Below are positions 23,706 through 36,390 of a DNA stretch of 64,000 nt, piece after piece. The translations under genes and the position numbers were made by a program. Below the pieces are notes generated by a model. The model was not told where the DNA came from and searched no databases. It worked only from the letters and a program-made list of their open reading frames with translations. Source of the DNA: Octopus vulgaris (Eukaryota); contig OX597814.1 of the NCBI GenBank assembly GCA_951406725.2, positions 107,942,001 to 108,006,000 of the forward strand, in the 5' to 3' direction. The stretch's first letter is position 1. Every line of letters starts with the position of its first letter.

Positions 23706-24089
23706 ATCACTATTTTTTCCGTTCATTAATAAAAAACAAAGCGTGTATAGTAATCCCTCGCCATATCGCGGTTTAGGACTTACGTTTATGTCGATTCCTC
23801 CGTAGAGTTGTTTTGCATTTATAATAAAATAAATATTCTTTTATTCTTCTACTTGTTTCAGTCATTTGACTGTGACCATGCTGTGGCACCGCATTTGAAT
23901 AATGAAAATATACAGTACAGTACTGCTTCTACTTCGTGGAGTTTTCACCTGTCCTGGCAGGGTTTTGGGACGTAACACCCGCGATAGTCGAGGGTTTACT
24001 GAATTTCATTAATAATTGGGAGACGTTACACAGTGATTCAAGGATCGAAAGTTTCGTTTATTGGTATTTACACGGAAATGAAAGTTATG

Positions 24090-25380
24090 GTTTCGGGTTC
24101 AGTCCCACTGCATGGGACCTTTGGCAGGTGGAAGTCGGGTCGACCGAAGCCTTGTGAGTGGATGTGGTAGACGGAAACTGAAAGAAGCCTGTCGCGCGCG
24201 CGCGGGGTTGTTCCTCCCACACGTACTGCTTGACAATCGGTGTTGTTATGTTTACATCCCCGTAACATAGTGGTTCAACAAAAGAGACCGATGGAATAAG
24301 TACTAGGCTTAAAATGAAAAATACGAGTACTGGTGTAGATTCATTCGACTAAAACTTCTTCAACGCGGTGCCCCAGCATGGCCGCAGTCCATCGACTGAA
24401 ACAAATAGAACATATGCGCACACGCATGTATGCACACACGCTCGCGCGCGCACACGCATGTATGCACACACGCTCACACACACAGTAGAATGATCGATAG
24501 ACTATTTTCTACTCTTGTCACACAACACACATGACCCATCAGCTGCACGTGATTTTCCTATCAAACGCCCACGCCCACCACACTTGCATCTACTTTCACT
24601 ACCAACACATACAATACAACCCCCCCCCGCCACACACACATCATCCTTGTGTCATCTTAGCGAAATAAGAAAATAAATGTGAGAGTGTGACATTCATGCC
24701 TCGCTTGTGATCAAAATACAGCATAAAACTTGAGTGCATGTATAGGTGTGTGTGTGTATGGGGGGAAGGTGTGGCTGTGTGGTAAGAAGTTTGGTTCCCT
24801 ACCACATGGTTCCAGGTTCAGTCCCACTGCGTGACACTTTGGGCAAATGACTACTTATAGCTTCGAGTTGACCGAAGCCTTATGAGTGGAGTTGGTAGAT
24901 GGAAACTAAAAGAAGCCTGTGATGTGCGTGTGTGTCTTTGCATTGTCCCATCGACAACCAGTGTTAAAGTGTTTACATCCCATTAACTTAGTGTTTTGAC
25001 AGAAGAAACCAATAGAATAAGTATGTAGCTTTAAATAAATGTCCTGTGGATGATTTGTTCAACCCCCCCCCCCAAGATGATAGATACACAACGCATGTGT
25101 CTGTGTGTTAATGTCTGTAGGTTTGTGTTCCTTTCTGATAATCTTTGCTAATTGTACACGTGGAAGTTTACAGGTTTTTTTTACTAGTTTCATTCATTAG
25201 ACTGCGGCCATGCTGGAGCTACCACCTTGAAGAATTTTAGACAAATCAATCGAACTCCGTGATTAATTTTTTGGCAGTTGGGTACTTATTCTATCGGTTC
25301 CTTTTGGCAAACTGCTAAGTTACAGAGACAAAAACATACCAACATCGGTTGTCAAGCGGTAGTGGGCGAAAAACACAGAC
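24090..25380. mobile_element. Cluster of SINE family B copies (24090-24410 +, 24760-25060 +, 25180-25380 -)
   Basis: Head, CORE-like and tail modules recognisable. Confidence 0.75.
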
Positions 25381-25789
25381 CCCTCTCTCATATATATATA
25401 TATATGTTGCTATTTATGCAAAAGTGTTGTAAGTCCAAAATGTTGCTTTTTCAGAAAACCAAAAAATAGTTTCACCATTCCATAGAAGAACTGTTATACT
25501 ACACCTAAGACAATTTTTGATATCTTGGCATCTGAAGCAGCTGGAGATATGATAGTTTGACCAAAAGAACTGACTATTACAAGCAAAAATATATATTGAT
25601 AAGAAACGCATTTGGTCAAATTTGGACATACAACAGTTTAACAGAATAGCACCAAATGAATTTATATAATTAGCAGAAGTAACAGTGAGTCGATGTCCAA
25701 GAGTTTTGTGCGTTGACGCTTATCAAAAAGTTCTATTTTTCCTATTTGCATCAACCTACCTGTAATATATGTGTGTGTATGTATAAAAT

Positions 25790-25872
25790 TAAGAGAAATA
25801 ACCTCTATTAAGTAATCCAATAGACAGAGACATTATCCATTGAATTACTTAATAGAGGTTATTTCTTTTAGT
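25790..25872. repeat. Hairpin with ~28-bp arms
   Basis: agaaataacctctattaagtaat / attacttaatagaggttatttct. Confidence 0.85.
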
Positions 25873-26014
25873 TATATACATATATTGTATATTGTGAAAT
25901 TTGATTTGGTATAGCTAAATTGAATTTTTCCCTGTAAGTTTGGAATTATATTCCCTACTAATATTTTATATCTATCTATCTACACACACACACACACACA
26001 CACACAATGTATAT

Positions 26015-26430
26015 AGATGCAGGAGTGGCTGTGTGGTAAGTAGGTTGCTTAACAACCACGTTTCCAGGTGTTCAATCCCACTGCATGGCACCTAGGGCAA
26101 CTGTCTCCTACTATAGCCTTAGGCCAACCAAAGCCTTGTGAGTGGATTTGGTAGGCGGAAATTGAAAGAAGCCCATTGTTTGTATACATTCATTGCTTTC
26201 TTCCAAGGAATCTAATGCTCTTAGCTTAGTTTTTCCTTGGGGCTGACCAGATTGGAGCATTCTCAAGTATAACCAGCTGAAATTGTGAAGATAATCTAGT
26301 ACTTGACTGTGGAAAGAAAACTTCAAATGACCCGTCCTTGTTTTCCTTGTATTGTCTGTCTGTGGATGTTTGTTGGTCCATTTTTGTATCACCTAACTGT
26401 CCGGATGTTTTGCGTTGTTGTCCCATTTTG

Positions 26431-26478
<48 letters not shown>

Positions 26479-27598
26479 GAATAAGGGTAGAAATTGATAT
26501 TAATCAATTAAAACCAGTGGCCTAGCATATTAAAAAAATCCGAAGATTAAAATATTTTTTACATACAAAATTTAAAGGACTGACTACTAAAAGTGGACAG
26601 TCAATATGCTAGATATAGACGTCAAAATTGCTATTTTCCACAAAGAATGTGTTCTCAAGAAAAAACTCAGCAAAAAACCAAAGTGCAAAAAATAAGCAAG
26701 AGAAATGAAAATATACGAAATAAAAAACGATTACCTATGTACTAATCAGTTTCAATTGTTAATATTCACGTATATGTATACGTGAACATCTGCAAGATCA
26801 TCAGCATAGTCTGTCGTTTACAAACATAATTTCCAGAACTAGATACAGAACGCTTGACTGAAATCCCTCATGCATAGAGTTCAACAAATTATATTTATGT
26901 GTATCTTTCAAATGCCTTCACTTTGGTGCGCTGAGATCGGAAATCTACTCTGCAGTTTATAAATTACAGCAGTCAACTTACCGGTTAGAGAACATTTTTT
27001 AAATTTAAAATTGAATAAGGGTAGATTTCTATCTCCAGCAATAGAAAGGGTTTATTTCGCTAGATGTCTCGCTAGATTAAAGTGTTCCCTGATCTGTTTT
27101 ACGTTCATAATTGCCATGTAGTAATTATGGTACAGCCTCTAGAGGTGAAGATGGTTGTAATGAATCAATAATTCATATTATATTGTATTTGATACACCTA
27201 TGTGTGTGTGTACATGTCTACGTGTGTGTGTGTCTACGTGTGTGCACGTCTACATGTGTGTGCGTGTCTACATGTGTGTGAGTGTGTGTGCGAGTCTATG
27301 TATGTTTGTGCATGTGTCTGTGTGTGTGCGTCTGTGTGTGTATCTGTGTGTCTGTCTGTGTATGTGTGTCTCTGTGTGTGCATATATATGTATGTGTGTG
27401 CCTTTATATTTGTGTCCGCTGGGAATGACTGGTATTGGTGTGTTTACATCCCCATAGCATAGTGGTTCAACCAAAGAGACCGAACAGGTTCCAGGCTTAA
27501 AAAAGTAAGTACTGGGGTCAGTTCATTTGAGTAGGAATTCTTCAGGGTGGTGCCCTAGAATGGCCGCAATCTGAAGACTGAAACAAGTAAAGGATAAA
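26015..27598 (+). mobile_element. SINE family B split by ~1.2 kb of inserted DNA at its internal microsatellite
   Basis: Head at 26015-26180 and tail at 27400-27598 in the same orientation. Confidence 0.6.
26735..26809 (-). ncRNA. Type I hammerhead ribozyme motif with long stem II
   Basis: Minus strand ctatg-CTGATGA-tcttgcag-atgttcacgtata ca tatacgtgaatat-taacaatt-GAAA-ctgattag-TA-catag: 5-bp stem I, near-palindromic stem III, GUA site. Confidence 0.72.
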
Positions 27599-27996
27599 AC
27601 ACACACACAGAGAACATCTCCCACAGTTTCCATCTCCCAAATTCAATCGCAATGTATTGATCGGACTAGAAGACACTTACCCAAGATGCCGTGCACTAGG
27701 ATTGAACTCGATATCATGTGGTTGTAAAGTGAGCTTCTGAACCACACAGCCATGCCTGCACCTCTTTCGGTAAAAGAATAAATCAAAACTTGATCTGATA
27801 AATATGAGTCGTCAGCTGCTTTCGTATGTGATATGTGTGTGTGTCATGTGACCTGATTTTAACAAACAAGGCTATGAATGGGAACATCTTTGTGGGGGAT
27901 AAAACTGTGCAAGATGGAATCGAAACCCAGTCTCATCAGCTCGGCCACTTAGTCTGTATAAAAGAGTCGTCAACTGATATGGAATATCAAAGGATC

Positions 27997-28982
<986 letters not shown>

Positions 28983-29099
28983 TGAAGAGGAATATCAGAG
29001 AAGTTATTCTTCATGAGTAGGAGAACATGACATTACGCTGGCAAACTATAGTTGAAATAATTCATAATAATGATGATGATGATAATAATAATAATAACA

Positions 29100-29718
29100 A
29101 TAATCCTTCCTACTATAGGCACAAGGCGTGAAACTCCAATGTTAGACTGGTGCTCAATTTATCAACCCAGAAAGGATGAAAGGCAAAGTTGAGCTTCGCA
29201 GAATTTGAACTCAGAACGTAGAGAGTAATGAAATACCTATTTCTTTACTACCCACAAGGGGCTAAACGCCAGAGAGGAAAATCAAGGACTGACAAACAGA
29301 TTAAGTCGATTACATCGACCCCAGTGCATAACTGGTACTTAATTTATCGACCCTGAAAGGATGAAAGGCAAAGTCAACCTCGGCGGAATTTGAACTCAGA
29401 ATATAACGGCAGACGAAATACCGATAAACATTTCGCACGGCGTGCTAGCGATTCTGCCAGCTCACTGCCTTATGGTAATAATAATAATAATGATAATAAT
29501 CATCCTTTCTGCTAAAGGTACAAGGCCAGAAATTTGGTGGGAGGGGACTAGTTGATTACATCGACTCCAGTGTTTCACTGGTACTTAATTTATCGACCCC
29601 AAAAGGATGAAAGGCAAAATTGACCTTGGTGGAATTTGAACTCGGAACATAGCAGCAGATAAAATACTGCTAAGCATTTCACCCGGTGTGGTAACAATTC
29701 CACCAGCTTGCCGCCTTC
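29100..29718 (-). mobile_element. SINE family A composite (long+short) followed by a short copy, among (TAA)n
   Basis: Two Meta-like modules in 29100-29470; separate copy at 29500-29718. Confidence 0.85.
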
Positions 29719-29727
29719 GTAATAATA

Positions 29728-31340
29728 ACCCTTGATCCCACTTTCTGTAGTCCTGATTAAAGATAATGTGCCTGATGAGCTGAGAAAGAATGGACCTTGT
29801 CTCAATCATCTTTTCTTTGTAGATGATTTTAAACTGTTCACAAAAACAGAGCCTGAAATGGAGAGGCTGGTTGAGAGTGTGCAGCAAGGAATTAGGGATG
29901 GAATTTGGCATCTTGAAGTGTGCAGTGCTAACTTTGAAATGGGAGAAAAGAGCAGATTGTAGGGGCATAAAATTGCCAACTTGAGAGAGAATGGAAAACC
30001 CGGATGATGATGGGTACCAGTAGCTTGAGATCCTGAAGCAGGATAATATGTTGCACAGAAAAATGAAAGACAAGGACATCACTGCATATTTGAAGTGTCT
30101 CAAACTTCTCTTGAAGTCGAAACTCAACTCAAGGAACCTTGTGCTTGCCATCAACATATGGGCTGTTGTTGTGGTCCACTATAATGCACCCATTCTGAAA
30201 TTAACCAACTCAGTTGCACTTCCCGAAAGACAATGACAATGCATGGTGCCCTCCACCCTAAGGTGAACGTACACAGGCTCTACATGAAGAGTTGTAAAGG
30301 TGGATGTGGGCTGATTAGCATAAGGGAGTGCATCAACAGTGAAAGAAGAAATATGGCAGAGTATTTGGTAAACAGCAAACAAGATCTGCTATAGTATGTT
30401 GCTAATGCAGAAGGATTTATTCAAAATGGACTTGAGAGCGCTAATGAATTCTCATCACGAATAGCCCATGAGAGAGAAGAAACTCTACTCCACATGGAAT
30501 TACATGGTCAGTTTCACTGTTAAACTAACAACTTAAAAGAGCAGGAAGCATCATGGGGGTGGCTCAGCAAGGGTGACCTAAAAAAGAAGACTAAAAGCCT
30601 AATCGTTGCTGCCTAGGATCAGGCATTGAATACCAACTCAGTGAAAAGGGATACATACCACACAAGTGCAATGAACTTCTGCAGAATGTGTGGGAAGATG
30701 GTCGAAAGCGTGACTCACATTGTTAGTGCTCGTGAAAGTCTTGTTGAGAAAGAATACAAGCGCAGATACGACAAGGTAGCCCAAAACTCTCCACTGGCTA
30801 CTATGCCATAAGCATGGATATAAGGTAAGGGTGATCCCAATTCTCAGGTCTCCATATTTATTGATCTTTTCTCTTTCTTTCATGAAAACATGTTGATCTC
30901 CTAGCACTACGAAGTTGATTATTAGGCACTCTTGTTTGTCCCTCCTAAAGGTTACTATATCTGACCTTCAGTACTCTAACACCTTGTCTGTCTGGAAGTC
31001 AAAATCCCAGAGGATTTTTGCCTTCCCCTTTTCATCCATTACCTTTACTGGTGTATGTTGGTACCAAGCTACGAGAGTCAAACATAAAGGTTGCCTCTAT
31101 TGTCATTGGATCATTGGGTTCAATACCACCTAAACTGAAGAAACATCTGGAAACTTTCAAAATCTCCTACAATCTAGGCGTATTGCAAAAGTCGGCATTA
31201 CTTGGAACTGAACGCATATTGTGTAAAGTACTGTCTGTCTGAAGTCCTTGTTATGACTTGACAAACATCTTTACGTTCTGAGTCACAATATCTTCAATCA
31301 ACAACCTCATGATATTGGATACTGTGTGACGTCTTAAATA
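29728..31340 (+). mobile_element. Decayed 5'-truncated R4/Dong-clade (RLE) non-LTR retrotransposon
   Basis: LNHLFFVDDFKLF, KSKLNSRNLVLAIN.WAV, HGALHPK.NVHRLY, DQALNT, CRMCGKMVESVTHIVS, LQKSALLGT.RIL; TAA repeats at both flanks. Confidence 0.88.
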
Positions 31341-31894
31341 ATAATAATGATGATGATGATGACCTCTGCGAGATTCTGCCAGCCAGATCACCATATCATT
31401 ATTATTATCATTAATAACATAATAACCTGGCAGAATTGTTAGCATGCCAGAGGAAGTGCTTAGTGGCATTTTGTCCATCTTTACGTTCTGAGTTCAAATA
31501 CCACCGAAGTCAACTTTGCCTTTCATCCTCTCTGGTGTGATAAAATTAAGTACCAGTCAAATACTTGTGTTGATTTAATTGACTAGCCCTTCCTTTCAAA
31601 AGTGCTGGCCATGAGCCAAAATTAGAAACGATCATTTCAGGGCAATGGAACGGCAGAATTGTTTGAGCGTTGAATAAAATGAAATGCCATAGAGTATTTC
31701 TTCCGGCTCTTTATGTTCTGAGTTCAAATTCTATCAGGGGTTTTATCTTTCCAGGTTAATAAAATAAAGTACCCTGTTAAGTAGTAGATAGCTTCATGCC
31801 ATTGACTGTTCAGGTTTTGTGCATATCTTAGAAATTTCATTTTTTAGCACCCACTTGTCAAACAGAGTTTATTGAGGCAGATTTACTATGACTA

Positions 31895-32328
31895 GGTGAG
31901 AAGACCCAGCAGGACAAGTGAGACCATAACCCGTGGCCTTTACCTGGGATGTAGCCATTCCACTTATGCATACCTTTTCTTCTTGGGACACAAAACTCTG
32001 CTTGCGAAGACCTATTGAGGCAAGTGAGATCGAAATCGATCAAAAATCAGTGGAAATTGTAGTTGTGATACCAGTGCTGGTGGCACGTAAAAGAACCATC
32101 CGAACGTGGCCATTGCCAGCACCGCCTTGACTGGCCTCTGTTCTGGTGGCACGTAAAAAGCACCCACTACACTCACGGAGTGGTTGGCATTAGGAAGGGC
32201 ATCCAGGTGTAGAAACACTGCTAGATCAGACTGGGCTTGGTGCAGCCTCTTGGCTTCCCAGACCCCCGTCAAACCGTCCAACCCATGCTAGCATGGAAAG
32301 TGGACGTTAAACATTGATGATGATGATT
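31895..32328 (+). mobile_element. RTE LINE 3' end
   Basis: gagaagacccagcaggacaagtgagaccataaccc matches 3970-4005; (TGA)n tail. Confidence 0.88.
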
Positions 32329-33264
32329 GGTGCCCTTCTTGTCACCAACTTTCACCTGTTACCAAGCAACATAATATTTACCTTTGGCCAGACATGTTTC
32401 ACAGAAGACTAGAAATGGATGACATCGCTTTTTATGACAGTGGTGGTCGATCTACAGCAATCATGTGATGCTAAGGCACACACACATATACAACATGCTT
32501 CAATCGGTTTCCATCTGCGAAATCCACTCAGATATTGGTCAGCCCTGAACTACAGTACTATGCAATGGGACTGAACTCTGATCCATATGTTTGGGAAGCA
32601 ACCCGCTCCACAGCACAGACATACCTGCACCTATTTATTTATTTATTTACTAGATAAATTACTTAGCATATTCTCTGTATAAAATCAGAACGCATTTTTT
32701 ATCATAAAATTATTTCATAAAAGCATTTCGTCATTAAAAAAAAAAAAAAAAACGGAGAGGAACCAACACAAATAAGAGTACACATCACGCACACACACAC
32801 ACACACACATACACCTTTCTCTGCCAAAAGAATCAATATTTAACTATTTCACTGCTTTCAGTCTTTAAATATTGGTTTACTATTAATACCTTAACTCTCC
32901 AAAATGTGTTCCAAAAATAAAAATGGTGGTGAAACAAAAGCAACTGAAATAGAATTTCTGCTAAGACTGGTTCTAACAGCTTTATAAAACCGCCTTCAGT
33001 CTTGCACAAATTCTGTCTTTCAGGCCGATTAGTCGGTTTTTTTTTTGTTGATTGGGTCCAGTTCCTTTGCTCCAGGTATTTTCCTGTCAATACTTGCACA
33101 CACAATGCTATTTCTTCTTTCTGTTTCCAGATGATTAAGTCAGACGACACCTCTCCTCCATTTTGTTGATTCATATTTCTGACAATTCATATTATTGCCA
33201 ATAAGTCCAAAGAGTCGGTTTTGTGATTTACTTCTTTTTTTCTTGTCTTTGTTTTTTTTTGTAC

Positions 33265-34128
33265 ATGAGTGGCTGTGTGGTAAGTGGCTTGCTTACCAAC
33301 CACATGGTTCTGGGTTCAGTCCCACTGTATGGCACCTTGGGCAAGTGTCTTCTACTATAGCCTCGGGCTGACCAAAGCCTTGTGAGTGGATTTGGTAGAC
33401 AGAAACTGAAAGAAGCCTGTCGTATATATGTGTGTCTGTGTTTGTCCCCACCCCCATCGCTTGACAACTGATGTTGGTGTGTTTACCTGCAAAAAGGGAC
33501 CAATAGAATAAGTCCTGCAGGTCGATTTGTTTGACTAAAGGTGGTGCTCCAGCATGGCTGCGGTCAAATGACTGAAACAAATAAGTAAAAGACTATTAAG
33601 CACAGGCATGGCTATTTGGTTAAGACACTAGCTTCTCTTACCCTGTGGCCATGCTGGGGCACCACCTTGAAGGGTTTATTGTGGATTGAATTGACACCAC
33701 TACTTACTTTCTAAGCCTGGTACTTATTCTATCAGTCTCTTTTGCCAAACAGTTAAGTTACAAGCATTTAAACACACCAACATAGGTTGTCAAGCGATGG
33801 TGGTGGGGACACACACATGTGCCACACAGTGGGCCTCTTTCAGTTTCCATCAGCATTCTGCAAATCCACTCAAAAGGCTTTGGTTGGCCCAAGGCCGTAG
33901 TAGAAGATGCTCACCGAAGGTACCACACAGTTGGACTGAACCTGGAACCATTTGGTCTGAGAAACAAGCTTCTTGCCACACCAGCGCCTATAATGGCAAA
34001 ATTGTTAAAGTAACTTTGAAAAGCAGAGTACTAGGCTTCCAAAGAATAAGTCCTGGGGGCGATTTGCTCGACTAAAAGCAGTGCTCCAGCATGGCCTTAG
34101 TCAAATGACTGAAACAAGTAAAAGAGTA
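33265..34128. mobile_element. Cluster of SINE family B copies in both orientations
   Basis: 33265-33592 +, 33645-33990 -, 34025-34128 + tail. Confidence 0.8.
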
Positions 34129-34535
34129 AATAAAATAATCAGGCAGTCACACTTCTATAAACATGTTACAAATGTTTTGTACTAGGAGCAATCTTAATAG
34201 GAAGGATTACTAGAAAAATAAAGCAACCCCAAAAGAGCAGTGTTTGGAATTTCAGTTCAAGTCCTGAAATTTTGAGGGGAGGGAGCCAGTCGATTACATC
34301 GCACCTACTGTTCAACTGGTTCATATTTTTATCGACCCCAAAATGATAAAAAGCAAAGTTGGCCTTACCGGAATTTGAACTCAGAATGTAAAGGTGGAGA
34401 AAATACCGCTAAGCATAAGTTGTAAAAAGATAAATTTGGAAAAAGAATTAACCGGAGACAATATTGAATTAATATATTTTCGTTTAATTAGATTTAATGA
34501 GATTTAATAAGCATTTAAGTATTTGTTTCGCTTAC

Positions 34536-34656
34536 CCAGAATCCCCAGATCTTTTTGATTTTCCTGGTTTGTCTTGGTCTTGTTAAGGGAGTTTGTTGTT
34601 GGCTAATCTGATGACTGGGTGAGTTGCTGAATGAAAACATTTCTCAGGTCACGTGA
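34536..34656 (-). other. Candidate first exon with upstream E-box
   Basis: Donor TGG|gtaagc at 34536/34535; TCACGTGA at 34649-34656; unique sequence; 35-codon open frame from ATG 34640. Confidence 0.3.
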
Positions 34657-34854
34657 AAAATTAACTAACAACACCCGCAAACAATTAACAGAAGACTTAA
34701 TTATTGCACACAGTTTTAATTATGTTGGTCGTTTATAAATAACGACATCAATAATTACATTCTGGGAAGGAGACACTGCTTGGAGTTTATGACAAGTTGA
34801 CTAATATAGCAGTCTGTGGTTGGCCTATCACAACTGGAAAATAATTGTGCTGTG

Positions 34855-35252
34855 TTCTTTTCTACCCTAGGTACAAGGCCTGAAATTTTGGGGGAGGGGG
34901 CCAGTCAATTAGATCGACCCAATAAGCAACAGGTACTTAATTTATCAACCTCAAAAGAATGAAAGCAAAGTCGACCTTGGCTGAATTTGAACTGAGAATG
35001 TAAAGACAGATGAAATACCTATTTCTTTACTGCCCACAAAGGGCTAAACACAGAGAGGACAAACAAGGACAGACAAACGGATTAAGTCAATTATATCGAC
35101 CCTAGTGTGTAACTGGTACTTATTTAATTGACCTCAAAAGGATGAAAGGCAAAGTCAACCTCGGCGGAATTTGAACTCAGAACGTAACGGCAGACGAAAT
35201 ACTGCTAAGCATTTCAATCAGCGTGCTAATGTTTCTGCCAGCTTACCACCTT
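34855..35252 (-). mobile_element. SINE family A composite (long+short)
   Basis: Same junction aaataggtatttc as at 29.2 kb and 58.8 kb. Confidence 0.85.
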
Positions 35253-35583
35253 TAATTGTGTTATATTCACAGCGAGAAAGCTTCCCGTCTTAATAGACTG
35301 GATGTGGTGAGAATGCAGACACAACATGCTGCTGCCTTAACATTCTGCAATAACTGCCAAAATCTGCCTTTTATAATGGAAAAAAAGGGAAAATTCTAGA
35401 AAATTGAATTGCACAATGACTTGATGCCAACTGGTTGTTTAAACCAGTTGGCTGGTTTAAACAAACTGTTCTGGTTTGACCATGATGTCTTACCAGCTAC
35501 CTAATGGCTTGGTTTCGAATCACCGCTACAGTCTCTTTATCAGTCCTGCAGGAATATGAACTGAGAAATCAAAGTTCACTCAC

Positions 35584-35642
35584 ATTACATGATAATTCAG
35601 TTCTTGAGTTTGGCTAAATTCGTGAAACAAGGATTTTGCCAT
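35584..35642 (-). CDS. Weak candidate coding first exon (MAKSLFHEFSQTQELNYHV, phase 2)
   Basis: aaaATGG context and AAT|gtgagt donor in unique sequence; no homology recognised. Confidence 0.22.
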
Positions 35643-35928
35643 TTCAGAACAAATTGTTCCTTGAAGAGGAAAAAGGAAGTCAGAAAAGAATATTTTTGAT
35701 GAAGAACTTGTCTTGAAACAACAGCTCCTTTTCACCGCAAACAAACTAGGCTAAACTCATCAACGTCACTGTATTGATTACCAATGATGGCCACCACCAC
35801 TTGCAGTGGATTTCAGTTTCTTATGAATATTAAGTTCAGTTTTATAGTTTGTCGTTTTCTACAACAAAACAATAAATTCTATACTGTTTATGATTAACAA
35901 TTAATTAATTAATTAATTAATTAATAAA

Positions 35929-35961
<33 letters not shown>

Positions 35962-35965
<4 letters not shown>

Positions 35966-36390
35966 GTTTCAAATTTTGCCACAAGGGTAGCAATTTTGGA
36001 GGAGGGGATGAGTTGATTATATCAACATCAGTTTTCAACTGGTACTTATTTTTATTTATTCCAAAAGGTTGAAAGGCAACGTCAACCTTGGTGAAATTCA
36101 AAATCAGAACGGAGCGACAGGTGAAATACCGCTAAGCATTTCGTCCAGCGTGCTAACGATTCTGCCAGCTCACCACCATAATAATAATAATAACTCTTTG
36201 TACTATAGGCACAAGGCCAGAAATTTTGCAGGAAGGGGGCTAATTGATGACATTGACCTCATTCCTCAACTGGTACTTATTTTATTGACTCTGAAAGGAA
36301 GAAAGGCAAAGCTTGACCCCAGCAGAATTTGAAATCAGAACGTTAAGACTGACAAAATGTCGCTTTAACAATTCTGCAATCTCACTGCAT
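35962..36390 (-). mobile_element. Two tandem SINE family A copies with (TAA)n tails
   Basis: Head and Meta-like modules. Confidence 0.8.
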
